DNA of 63,140 bases, counting the filler, from Octopus bimaculoides (lineage: Eukaryota), in the NCBI RefSeq assembly GCF_001194135.2. It is 5 parts of 5 records of this genome, joined end to end, with 100 filler letters (N's around TTAATTAATTAA, not from the genome) between each part and the next. Parts side by side here need not be neighbours in the genome. Positions count along the whole stretch, not along the records: positions 1 to 16,243 come from NC_068999.1; positions 16,344 to 28,272 come from NC_068983.1; 3 more parts are not named here. One strand, written 5' to 3'. Every line of letters begins with the position of its first letter. Within the stretch, counting starts at the first letter, position 1. Positions 15,380-27,714 of the stretch are shown here, piece by piece. The position numbers were made by a program, and so were the translations under genes. The notes under the pieces were generated by a model. It was not told the DNA's origin, made no database searches, and worked only from the letters and a program-made list of their open reading frames with translations.

Positions 15380-15490
15380 CTTTCATCCTTTCGGGGTCGA
15401 TAAATTAAGTACCATTTGCGTACTGGGGTCAATTTAATCGACTGGACCCCTCCTCAAAAATGTCGGGCCTTGTGCCTAGAGTAGAAAAGA
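15380..15490 (+). mobile_element. SINE family B, 3' part after a gap
   Basis: CTTTCATCCTTTCGGGGTCGATAAATTAAGTACC...GTGCCTAGAGTAGAAAAGA. Confidence 0.85.
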
Positions 15491-15915
15491 TATCACCCTT
15501 CTCTCTCAAACCTTGAAATAATTATTTTTTATCATAAAACAGCTTTGTGTAAATGAAGACTTGGTCTTTGGATTCCACTGTGGCAAGAATTTTTGGTCAG
15601 GAAAATCATCTTGTTAACTTCTCTCTTATCCTATTTAAACACTTTTAATTTTTATTTTACTGTATGGACATGTGATTAGAATGACGCAAGACTGGTTCTC
15701 CATCGGTTACGACGATGAAGGTTCCGGTTGATCTGATCAACGGAAGAGCTTGCGCGTGAAATTAACGTGCAAGGGGCTGAGTACTCCATAGACATGCGTA
15801 CCCTTAAAGTAGTTCTCGCGGGGTTTCAGCATGAATTACAGGTATAACATTTTGAATAACAGGTATAACCTATTTTTGTCAGTTGAATGACTGCGGCAAC
15901 GTGATATAAAGTGCC

Positions 15916-16243
15916 CTAAAAGAAATGGAGAAACTTTCAAAATACAAAGACCTGGAAATAGAGGTAACTCGAATGTGGAATCTAAAAACAGAAACAATTT
16001 CTATCATAGTAGGCGCTTTAGGTATAATAAAAAAAATATTCAGACAAATACATAACAAAAACATCAGGACTTACAAATACATATAACATACAGAAAATTG
16101 CACTACTGGGCACTGCATACATCCTACGCAAAACACTTTCAATACAGGAACCATAAGAGCATCACAGCAAACCACAGCACATACCCAAGGCACACAGAGC
16201 TGAAAGCACGCTATAAAAATAAGACTACTGAATAATAATAATA
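15916..16243 (+). mobile_element. Second copy of the R4/Dong-like 3' end
   Basis: LKEMEKLSKYKDLEIEVTRMWNLKTETISIIVGALGIIK...KIALLGTAYILRKTLSIQ; ends in AAT repeats at a contig join. Confidence 0.8.
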
Positions 16244-16343
16244 NNNNNNNNNNNNNNNNNNNNNNNNNNNNNNNNNNNNNNNNNNNNTTAATTAATTAAN
16301 NNNNNNNNNNNNNNNNNNNNNNNNNNNNNNNNNNNNNNNNNNN
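16244..16343. other. Artificial contig-join spacer (44 N + TTAATTAATTAA + 44 N)
   Basis: Exactly 100 bp; the palindromic 12-mer has stop codons in all six frames. Confidence 0.95.
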
Positions 16344-16387
<44 letters not shown>

Positions 16388-17891
16388 ATGCATGTATGTA
16401 TGTATATGACGAGTGTTGTAACTGTGTTAGCTGCAGATACAACGCTGAAGGACAGGTCTTTGCGGAGATATTCTGAAGTTAATTTTTTTTTTAAGCATCA
16501 ATATGTTAAAATAGTATTTCAGTAAGAGAGGAGAGAAACGAAAGGGATCAATAATCGATCTGGCGCCAGCAAAATTAAGTTCAAGAAAGTTCAAGAAATA
16601 GCAAACTTTTGTAAGCGGAGACGAGAAAAAATATCAACATTTTTGAGAAGAAATTTTTGATGATATACGAGAATTAGTCTCAAGGCAAATTTCCCCTGAA
16701 GCATACAAATCTATTCCTCCATTCTTTGATCTAATGATTAGCATTTAGTCAAGATGGCTGCACTATTACAACATTTACAAGTTCACGCCTCGTTCATATG
16801 TTGAAGTGTACTAATGACTACGATTTCCTTGTAAACATTTTAATAGAAAATATATGAATATATGCATAAAAATGCCAAAATTGCTCTTGTGAGGTCAACA
16901 TCTTTATAACTCAAGGCTAGAATATTTCCTCCCAGTGATAATACAATCTCCAATCGAATGTCTCCTGATGTCTGCGAACGTACAGAAGAATTCTTTAGCA
17001 GAATTAATGACCGCAATTACTGCCATGAACCTACATGTCTATATGTTGTACTTTAGCTTAGCATGAATGTCATATCTCTATTGTAATCTGTCGATACTGA
17101 TTTTTGCTGTAGATAAATGCATGGAGATTATCTGATGTTCAGTTCTGTTATGCCAATATAAACGGAAGGGGTTCTTCTCTGAAGGTTTATATGTGGTGAT
17201 GGCTGTTTAGATAATAGGAATTTTATAAGTCTGCCCCAGTAAAACTTAACTAGTAAGATCACTTGCCTTCACCCCATCAGTAAAACGAATAATCAATGAA
17301 CGTTTAAATAGATGGATCAAACCAATCCAGAGCCTCAAAGATTCCCAATCCCCTGATCGATGTGATCGATCATGTTGTTAGATTCCGCAACAAACTTTGA
17401 TGAAAACGATAGCAATCCTCAGTATCAATGGTGCTACAAATATGGCCACGCTTTTTTATACTATGGAAAAATAGAAAGTTCGATAGATTAGGTAACATAG
17501 TCCTTCTGTTGACACTATTGCACACTTTTGAGAAATCTTCAAATATTATTGACGATTGAATATCGAGCTCTTTTTTGATTCTTCTAATGACAACAATCTG
17601 CAGTATTGGTTGGTCTACCTTTGTAGAAATTGTTTTGGTTCAATCATTGGATAGGATTAACATGAGGGGAAATTCTTGTAAGGAGCGTAATGTAAATTTT
17701 TGAGAATAGAGATAAGAGTAATTTCTCTGAAGTCTTGGGGCACGTGAAGATTACCTTCTTTGGAAATGGAATAACAGAAAACTTCGAGAAAGCTTCTGGA
17801 TCATTTTTTTATGTCTCGTTACCGAAGTCTCACAGACGTTTCTGAAAAAGTGGAATCTTCAATAAAATCGTTGGGTTGTTATCTGTAAGTT

Positions 17892-17936
<45 letters not shown>

Positions 17937-18478
17937 TTGACATTTTGAAGTTCTTTTATAGTAAAGAGATAAACTCGGAATTACTTCCAGAGAGAAAGAA
18001 AACACAAAGAGAAAGAAAACACAAAGATTTGCTTTCAGTGACAAAGTAACAAGGACCAGAGAGTATTTGAAAAAGTCAGTCCACAAATATTAATGTAGGA
18101 TGATTAGGAATACTGAAATAACCTTGTGTCAGCTAACGTCACACATGGTGAAACGTTCCAGGAGACAGGGAAGAATATATCAAGTCCAAGACCTCAAAAT
18201 TAGCCAACCACCGTAAAGAATACCAGAATACAACCGTCTGAGCATGTGTGGGTGCGCATGTATTTATGTGTGTATGTGTAGCGCATGTGTGTGTGAATTT
18301 GCTGAGTGTTTCCTTAGCTTAGATTATAGGGGTTAATTTCTAATGTCCGTCTACTTCACTGTAATTCTCTCTTGAAGAAATTTACTTAAACTATTCTGCA
18401 TCTAACAACATTGCAGAATTCTGTCTAATAATAATATACACATGCTCACACTTTTACATACTGCCACCATATATAAAC

Positions 18479-18523
<45 letters not shown>

Positions 18524-18750
18524 CATACATACATACATACATACATACATACATACATACACATATAAATCGCTAACCACTACACACATTTTTTTCTCTC
18601 CTTGTTTCTTTCTGTGTTCCTTTCCGTGGAAGAGCGTAGGTTGGAAACGTTAAAGACTTTTTCATTTCCCGAGCGTTATACTAAAACATCTGTTTCTTTT
18701 CTACACCACCTGTCTTCGTCTGTTTCTTTTTTTCTTTTTTTGTAAATTTT

Positions 18751-18786
<36 letters not shown>

Positions 18787-18788
18787 GT

Positions 18789-19126
18789 GCAGGAGTAGGT
18801 GTTTGATAAGTAGCTTGCTTACCAGCTAAATGGTTCCGGATTCAGTTCCACTGCGTGGCACCTTGGGTAAATGTCTTCGGCTATAGCCTCGGGCCGACCA
18901 AAGCCTTGTGAGTGGATTTGGTAGACGGAAACTAGAAAGAAGCCCGTCAAATATATATATGCATATATATATTTATATACGTTTGTGTGTATGTATTTAT
19001 GTTTGTCCCCCATCATCGCTTGACAACCGATGTTAGTGTGTTTACGTTCCCGTAACATAGCGGTTCGGCAAAAGAAACCGATAGAATAAGTACTAGGCTT
19101 ACAAAGAATAAACCCTGGGGTCGAAT
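18789..19126 (+). mobile_element. SINE family A, 3'-truncated
   Basis: Matches the family A head and middle up to CCTGGGGTCGAATT. Confidence 0.85.
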
Positions 19127-19196
19127 TATTTTTGATGTGTGACCGTGTGTGTGTGTGTGTGTACATATATATATAATATACAATGTGTGTGTGTGT

Positions 19197-19242
<46 letters not shown>

Positions 19243-20035
19243 ATATATTTGTATCGTGATGTTTATATATGTGTGAGTGGGTGTAATAGGCATGTCTATT
19301 TACTTTTGAGATGTCTGTATTTACATACATGCGTTATATATACACATGCGTATAGGGAAATAGATAGATTAGTAGATTGATAGAGAGAAAGATTGAATGT
19401 ATTTGTGTTTAACATTACTGTCTTCCATCTTTCACCGAAAGACAATTATAAATTCTTGGTTATTAATTCTCACGGAGCTAGTTTTTAATTGCTCTTCGAG
19501 ATGAGTTAGTTTATTCTGCTAAGGATTTTGGTAGAAAGCTAAAGGCGATGGTATCCACGTTTCCTATTCAATAAATCCAGAACTTTCTTTGCAATTTAAC
19601 AAACTCATTCCTCACCGTTTATTGCTTCGTACAATCGAAAGCTTTGTATTGGAAACATTGAATGAAACGAACAAACGAAATTGGGTTAACCGTAAAACAT
19701 TGCTATCTTTCAACCAATCATAATTTAGATATTGTTAATTTACTAGATATGGACGTTTCGTCGAACAGAATTGAGGTGAATGAACTTTTTGTAATAATGT
19801 GTGACCTCTGATATGTCAGATACTAATTATCTAAAGGGCATCAAAATCGAAAGCCGAGGCTTGTAATAATGGTCAGATGTATGGATATTTCAATGCATCA
19901 CAGTTTCTATATGTGTATGTAGCTAGATATATCAGTGAATGTGATTATACACAGTTGACTGTGTCCGCAAATTTATACATACATACATGCATATACATAT
20001 ATGTATGAATGTATGCATGCATGTATATATGCATG

Positions 20036-20079
<44 letters not shown>

Positions 20080-21059
20080 TGNNNNNNNNNNNNNNNNNNN
20101 NNNNNNNNNNNNNNNNNNNNNNNNNNNNNNNNNNNNNNNNNNNNNNNNNNNNNNNNNNNNNNNNNNNNNNGTGCGTGCGTGCGTGCGTGTTGCGTTTCAA
20201 GCTGGCAGAATCGCTATAGCATCAGAAAAAGTAATTTGTGGTATATTTCAGCGGCGGTGCCCTAGCATGGCCGCAACTCTCGAGCTGTAGCTAGTTAAGA
20301 AGTTTCATATACACAGACAGACAGATAGTTAGATAGGTAAAAGTATACATACATACATACATGTACATATGTAGATAATGATGCAAATATACACATATAG
20401 CATTTCTGGATCTCATCATATATGTATGTAAGTATGAAGACGCCCTTCGGCCATGAATGACCATGGGATTGCACTAGAAAGTTCCCTTGCAAAGGCACAA
20501 GTCGGGGCAAAGTTGTTTATGAAAGACCAACAGTCGCTGATGCATACTACGCCTCCCCTCTCCACACCACCGATGTTGTCCAAGGAAAAGGCAAAGGGGC
20601 CGATACAGCTTGGCACCTGTGATGTTGCAANNNNNNNNNNNNNNNNNNNNNNNNNNNNNNNNNNNNNNNNNNNNNNNNNNNNNNNNNNNNNNNNNNNNNN
20701 NNNNNNNNNNNNNNNNNNNNNNNNNNNNNNATTTTCGTTGCGTCTTGCAACCTTTTCAATAGTTTTGACTCTGTCCGTCATTCACTCTGCGTTCTTTTTT
20801 GTTTGTTAGTGCGCATGTGCGTGGGTCAGTGTGTGTGTCTGTACCTTTACATGAATGCATGCTTGTATGTATGTATATATGTATGCATGTGTGTGTGTAT
20901 GCATGTATGTGTGTATGCATGTATGTGTATCTATGTGTGTACATTTGTATGGATGCATGTATTCTGCATATTCATGTGTTTGCATGTCCGTGTTTGTGTG
21001 TTTTTATATATGTGTGTGTGTACCTCTGTCTTCTTGTGTGTGTGTGTACCTCTGTCTTC

Positions 21060-21092
<33 letters not shown>

Positions 21093-21560
21093 GCAACTAT
21101 GTACCGTATTTGTATGTATGGATGTGCATCTCCATATGTATGGACGTGTGTCTTCATATGTGTCCTTGTGTGAAATAAAGTGTATGTGTATATATAGTCA
21201 TGTGTTTCAGTCTCCATACGTCTGGAAAACAAGATATATTATTTCAATGTATAATTCTAACTTCTGTAAATAACCAATGTAAAATAGCATAAATGTGGGT
21301 CAATTATATCTTGGAATAACCTTTCTCCTCCTCATTTATATCATCATAATCAATGACTCAACTTGTACCAAATTATAACGTCCGGAAATTCTTGAATTAG
21401 TCTCGGAGTATCTCGGATTTTTGATCAAGCAAGATGCTCGATCAATCAAAAACGTAATCAAATCAAACCAACTTTTGCATATTCTGCGTTAAGCCTCGCA
21501 TCATTTAATGTTCCTCGTGAAAAGTTATTGCTATTTCTCGTTCCTGAAGCGATGAGATGA

Positions 21561-21770
21561 CAGAATCGTCAGCGCGTCGGACAAAATGCTAAGCTGTATT
21601 TCGTCCTTCTTTACGTCCTGTGTTGAAATTCAGTCGCGGTTGACTTTACTTTTCATCCTTTCGGAGTCGACAAAATGAGCACCAGACGAGCACCGGGATC
21701 GATGTAATCGACTTACCCCTCCCCACCACCCAGAATTGCCGGCCTTGTGCAAAATTTAGAAACCAATATT
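21561..21770 (+). mobile_element. SINE family B, old diverged copy that retains CpGs
   Basis: CAGAATCGTCAGCGCGTCGGACAAAATGCTAAG...GCCGGCCTTGTGCAAAATTTAGAAACC. Confidence 0.75.
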
Positions 21771-22582
21771 TCCTGTTTCTCTTGCTTCTAATTCTATTAA
21801 ATCAAGAAACAAAGTTGGTCAAAGATCATTTAATTAATATTTTACAATAATTCCACGCACAGATAACCTTAGAATCATCGAAGCGTTTTCCATTCCAAAA
21901 CCCCTTTTCTATTAGTTTCCCATTGATATTCCTGAACATTTCATTTCCTAATCAGTCGGAGATGTGCTCTGCAGAGAGAGTGGCAGGAAGCCATGACTGC
22001 AAGAAGTTCTTTTAATATGTTCCACTGTTAGACATGGAAGACGAAGGAGAATTCCAACTAACAATGGTCCGTATAATCGAGTTCGTGGTAAAAATATTAT
22101 TTTAATTCCATATATTTTTTTTTTTTCATTAATTTTATCAAAAGCTGTTTCAAGAATCTCTCTTTTGCTATTCTTTTGAAATATTTAAAAGAATTGCGTG
22201 AGAATTTTCTTCAAATGTTTTTTTTTTTCTTTTTTTTTTAATGGTGAAGATCGCTTAACTGTTATTTGTAATCCACAGAAGAAATGTGAAAAATATGTTA
22301 TTTTAAAGACTTGGTTGCGGGGAGCCCCAGATCCATAAAAAAAGGCACGTGATTTCGGAAACCTAATCAAAATACACTCATTCACAAACAAACAAACACA
22401 CACATGTAATGTTGTTAGGGAGCCGGATAAAATGCCTTGTAGTATTTTTACCTACTGCTTGCACTCTAAATCCACGCCCCACCGATGTCTCCTCTAATTT
22501 TCATCATTTCGGATTGTTTTATAAATTTCGCAGATAACGTAAAAGCTCCAAGCTCCGCGATTCCCTTAGATTGGGCAGACCA

Positions 22583-22619
<37 letters not shown>

Positions 22620-22912
22620 AGGAGCAACAGCAACACATCATACCATACACCATGAAACGGAACTAAATAGAAAATTACTAAAAATATAATTCCACACTTT
22701 ATAAAATGTTCCTTCAAAGATGGACAATTGATTATGGAAAAAATATTCAAATCACAACACAAAGTGATAATTGACACCCAAACGCCACACACATCACAAA
22801 CAAGAGTGGCACGTGGTCAATTACGTATAATTCTGGTGGCCAGAATACGAATTTCAGATGAAGAATTCTCGAGTTCCTAACGTTGGAATTTTGATTATAA
22901 AATATCTATAAA

Positions 22913-23325
22913 GGCGCAAGAGTGATGGTGTGGTAAGAAGCTTCCTTCCCAACCGCATGATTCCGGGTTCAGTCCTACTGTATGGCACCCTGGGTAAGTG
23001 TCTCTACTATAACCTCGGGCCAACTAAAGCCTTGTCAGTGGATTTGGTAGACGGAAACTGAAAGAAGCCCGTCGTGTGTGTATATATACATTCATATGTA
23101 TGTGTGTGTGTGCGTATTTGTGTGTCTGTGTTTGTACCCCCACCATCACTTGAAAACCGATACCGGTGTGTTTACGTCCCTGTAACTTAGCGGTTCGGCA
23201 AAAAAACGGATAAAATTAAAAATACTAGGCTTACAAATAATAAGTTCTGGGGGTCGAATTGTTCGAGTAAAGGCGGTGCTCCAGCGTGGCCGCAGTCAAA
23301 ATGACTGAAACAAGTAAAAGAAAAA
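22913..23325 (+). mobile_element. SINE family A, full length (Octopus tRNA-derived CORE-like SINE; possibly one of the published OK/OR1/OR2 families)
   Basis: Runs GGCGCAAGAGTG...GGTTCAGTCC (A/B-box-like head), GCACCCTGGGTAAGTG, internal TA/TG repeat, then GACTGAAACAAGTAAAAG tail. Family name not verified. Confidence 0.9.
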
Positions 23326-23557
23326 CTATCCTGGCAATAAAATTTACATAAACAAAAGCGACCCCTACGCAAAGGGGCAGTGTAGAAGCTAACAGAACTC
23401 CGCAGCCTGAAGATGAGGCTGAGATAACCAAGAAGATTTGACTTTTGATAGAAATAAATTTGGCAGTTTTGTATTCCAGAGAAACTATAGGAGTCTGATA
23501 ACCAGATGCAAAAAGAGGCTTGATTAAACAATGAATGAATTTCTAATTTATTTATTT

Positions 23558-23953
23558 TTATTCTTTTATTTGCTTCAGTCGTTTGACTGCGGCCATGCTG
23601 GAGCACCGCCATTTTTAGTCGAAGAAATCGACCCTAAGACTTATTCTTTGTAAGCCTGGTATTTATTTTATGGGTTTCTTTTGCCGAACTGCTAAGTTAC
23701 GGGGACGTAAACACACCAGTGTCGGTTGTCAAGTGATGATGGCGGAGCAAACACAGACACACACATAAAATATATGCATATATATTCACACGACAGATTT
23801 CTTCCGGTTTCCGTCTACCAAATCCACTCACAAGGCTTTGGTCGGCCCAAGGCTATAGCAGAAGACACTTGCCGAAGGTGCCACGCAGTGGGACTGAACC
23901 CGGAACAATGTGCTTGGGAAGCAAGCTTCTTACCATACAGCCACGGCTGCGTC
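23558..23953 (-). mobile_element. SINE family A, full length, inverted relative to the copy at 22913
   Basis: Reverse complement of the same family; CpGs largely intact. Confidence 0.9.
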
Positions 23954-24399
23954 TCTATTTTTATTAATTTTTTTTTTGTTATTTCTTCATTAAAGAAAAC
24001 ATAGTCGGGTTGGCAACACAAGTGAGAATAAGAAACGGGTTAATGTTCCGCTCACAGTTCACATTACTTGTTTTTGTATCGTTTAAAGTTTCTCTTTCTC
24101 ACAAAATTGCTTTCATTTGTATGTTTTATCTTTACACTGTATCAAAACTGGTTCTCTTCTGAACATCGAGCCATTATTTTTAATGTCCAAACACTTCACA
24201 CAAATACACATATCTAAATTCAAATGTTAACTTTATCTGTTAATCCTTCTGATGTCGATTAAATCCATCCTTGTGTTTAATTGGCAAAACGGAATCCAAC
24301 CATGACCTAACTATCGATGACGGAGAAATGAACGTCAAATTCGTCTGAGACATTTCTAAATCTAAACCATCATCATCATCATCCTTCGACGTGGTTGTA

Positions 24400-24900
24400 C
24401 AACTAATCCCAACCAACCGAAATTCACAGTACAATCGATCTCCACACCCAATCTTGCTGCTTTATTCGATCGTACATCCTTTCGATCGCTGAACACAAAA
24501 ACGTGGTTCGCGAGCCCTCCGTTCCGCTGATTTTCCTGCGTCACCTTCTCCTTCCTTTCATTTCGTTCATCTTTCTACATATAAGGGGGCCATCCCCCTT
24601 TTCTTCCCTCTTTGTTTCTTCCACAATATTGCATGGCCGTTGTCTCTCCTCCTTTCTTCCTTCTTTTGTCGGGCTTTGATTCTTAATCCCGTCGGGCATC
24701 CAATAATCACCTTCCTTGCCAAGATCGATGAGGATGCCGGTTTAGTCGTCGACAAACCAAACATGCGGCAGTTCGTACAGGGTTACATGTTGGCAAGTCG
24801 CGCACAAGACCGACCTGACAACCGTTCAATTCCATTCTGCTACCGTTTCTACCAGTTCATCACTAACAACAATAATAATCGGCGAAATAATATGTTATTA
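24400..24900 (+). promoter_or_regulatory. CpG-rich, repeat-free, promoter-like segment (speculative)
   Basis: CCAAT 24448-24452, TGCGTCA 24537-24543, TATAAG 24580-24585, then a CT-rich tract. No recognisable ORF. Confidence 0.25.
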
Positions 24901-25530
24901 AACAAAATAACTTATTTTTAAGTTTATCTCGGTAGATTTTCTATAGAATTCAGAGCCAGCACTGAAAGTTGCGAACACGTCGATGTAAACAATGCGATCG
25001 GAAACAGAAAAATAGGTGGCGAGTGTATATGTAGGCATTTCTATCTTTTTCTATCTTCCATCGCATTGGTTGTAGAAATAAACTTTCAAATGGGAACATT
25101 GCACTGCTAACACACAAGTATGACACAATATTGACTTGTAAATCTTTTACATACTTAATAGTTTATTGTGGTTGCAAACAAAATACTGTATCTTTGCTAG
25201 CAATTAATCATTATAACTAATGTTTGCCAACAGTCAAGAAATAATGCAGTGCTTAAAATTATTTTAGATTCTGGTTGGAAGCGCCAGGTTTCCTACATCA
25301 GAAAAGTTTAGGTTAAATGTCTCGATGGTAATAGGATACAGCCTAGACACCATGCAACTATGTTATGACACAAGCAGCATGTAGCAGACGATGTTTATAG
25401 ACTCAAACATACATAAAACTGATTAATATTGGAACAAATTTATTGACAATTCTTTATCGAAGATGAAAATAAAGATATGTAGCGATTCAATCAAGAATAG
25501 TTTATGCAATTTATCTTGCTTTGTAAGGCA

Positions 25531-25735
25531 GCAAGGAGCTGGCAGAAACGTTAGCAGGCCGGGCGAAATGCTTGGCGATACTTCGTCTGTCTTTACGTTC
25601 TGAGTTCAAATCCCGCCGAGGTCGACATTGCCTTTCGAGATCGATGAATTAAATAGAAGTTGCGTACTGACGTCCGGCTAATCGACTGGCCCCCTCCCCC
25701 AAAATTTCGGGCCTCGTACCTAAAGTAGAAAATAA
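25531..25735 (+). mobile_element. SINE family B, near full length
   Basis: GAGCTGGCAGAAACGTTAGCAGGCCGGGCGAAATGC...GAGTTCAAATCC (B-box-like)...AGTAGAAAATA. Confidence 0.85.
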
Positions 25736-27265
25736 TATATTTTGCGTTTTATTTGTGTGTGTGTGTGTGTGTATGTGAGTGTGTCTGTGTATGTGTCTGT
25801 GTGTTAATGTGTGTGTGTGTTTGCGAGAGTGTGAATGTATGTGTGTGTGCGCGTGCACGCAAAATGTTATTAACAGAAGAAGTGAAAGATAAGCGAATCG
25901 ATGGAGGAAAAATAGCTGGAATAGAACAATGGGACAGATCAAACATGTCACAATAATCTTCCCTTTTTGCCACAGATAAAAACGACAGACTCAGGGTACG
26001 GTTTACCTGCCTATTTAACAGGTACAAATGAGTAACATAATTAAAACTAATAGTAAAACTTGTATCTCGTCTGTATGTGTTTTAGTGACTTTACCTGTCG
26101 GTCGGTATAAGCTCAGAGATAAATTAGCTGCAAACAGTCTGTCACCTCTTATTCCGGTTTTATATTTTTGTCCTCTGGCCGAATCCTTGTTCTTTGTTCC
26201 GTCTTTGATTTTCACCGAATACTTCTTTATTCATTTTAAACTTCTGATACTCTCAAGAAATATATAAACGTTATTTAGCTTCATATAGTTCACACTTCTC
26301 TTCCCTGTTTTCATTCTCTCTTATAAATCTCAGATCTTGTGAATAAAAGACAAAACCAAAATCTTATTCCAACATTTTAAAATATAATTCAGGCAACTGA
26401 AGAAAGCCATCAAGGAAATGGGCTCGGCATTTAAAACTAACTCAAGCTGACTACGGTTGATAAAGGACCGCAAGTGGAACCCTTCCGTATATGAATAGAA
26501 GCTCAGCTGTCATTGCCTCACTCAGGTGAAGTGAAGAGGCTAAGAGGCAAAACACTTGTGACCTGCAGACGATAATGGAAGTGTTTCCAACATTGCAATG
26601 GATTTAGAAGAGCTGGCAAAACCTCTGAGTAACCCCCACCCCAGTCTCAGCATAGGGCAAAGCATCTCCGATATTTATTTCACCTGTTTCTAGTTTTTTG
26701 TTGTTGTTTTTGTTTTCTATTATGACATCACATAATTAGCGTTCTTTTAAGTAGTAATTAATTATTTAGAGAGACACGATATTCATAATAGCGAAGGTAT
26801 TGGAGCTTTATTCTTTTGCGCTATAATAGAATTATGACGTCATAATGGACGGATTTCCTTAAGAAAACCGAATGCCTAATCCTGCATATCTATGGATTAT
26901 TCCAATCATTAAGTGTTCTTTCAGGTAAGATTGATAAACCAAATAATTTTTATATTATGTGTTAGATATTACGGTTTATATATTATAATTTTTACTTTTT
27001 ATGTATGATCTTCAAAAGTCACGTGATGCAGGCGTTGTGTACCTCTTTACACAAATCTAGAAACTATCGAAGACCTCTGTAACTCGTGATTCCATTACCA
27101 TTGTTACAAAGCTGACGGCAGATATTCTACAGATCTACCGGAGAGAACATTATGAGCATTGCAAAAAAGCTAATACAAGTTCTTCTTGGGGGGGGGGGAT
27201 CCATTCAAACGTGAGATTCTTCTCTTGTGAATTAACCTCTGCAGGAGAAAAGCAAATTTAAAACA

Positions 27266-27580
27266 TGCAGCTGTGGTAGGTTATACAAAGGCAAAACGTG
27301 TCGCCCCCTTAAAATAAGGGTAGAGGAACATCGCAAAGCTGTGACACGATGAGATATTGATAAGTCGGGTATAGCTGATCCTGTATGGAAAAATGGAGAC
27401 CACCTCCCCCTGTGGGATGAAGTTCAAATAATAAACAGAGAACACGACTGGAAAATACGAGAACTAAAAGAAGCAGCACATATGCTAGGACACAACAACC
27501 TCCTAAGCAGACCGAGTACAGATATGAATAGCATATGGGAACCAGTATTAAGGAAGGATAGGAAAATATTAGATTTATAA
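27266..27580 (+). mobile_element. Penelope-like element, GIY-YIG endonuclease C-terminal remnant
   Basis: CSCGRLYKGKTCRPLKIRVEEHRKAVTR*DIDKSGIADPVWKNGDHLPLWDEVQIINREHDWKIRELKEAAHM...*; one internal stop. Confidence 0.8.
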
Positions 27581-27714
27581 GCCCTAAAATTCACTCCATA
27601 ATTGCCCACAGGCATATGGCATAGTGGTTAAGAGCGCGACTACTAATNNNNNNNNNNAAGGATAGGAAAATATTAGATTTATAAGCCCTAAAATTCACTC
27701 CATAATTGCCCACA

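Noticed and set aside
16288-16299. TTAATTAATTAA as a conserved biological motif (homeodomain site or PacI-like palindrome)
   Set aside because: It is always centred in exactly 44+44 N, so it is an assembly spacer.
24640-24921. 93-aa plus-strand ORF as a gene
   Set aside because: No recognisable domain, a low-complexity end and no clear splice context.
27350-27352. In-frame TGA in the Penelope GIY-YIG as selenocysteine (described for Naiad elements)
   Set aside because: It falls in AVTR*DID, not at an evident cysteine-ligand position, and I saw no SECIS. A simple nonsense mutation is more likely.
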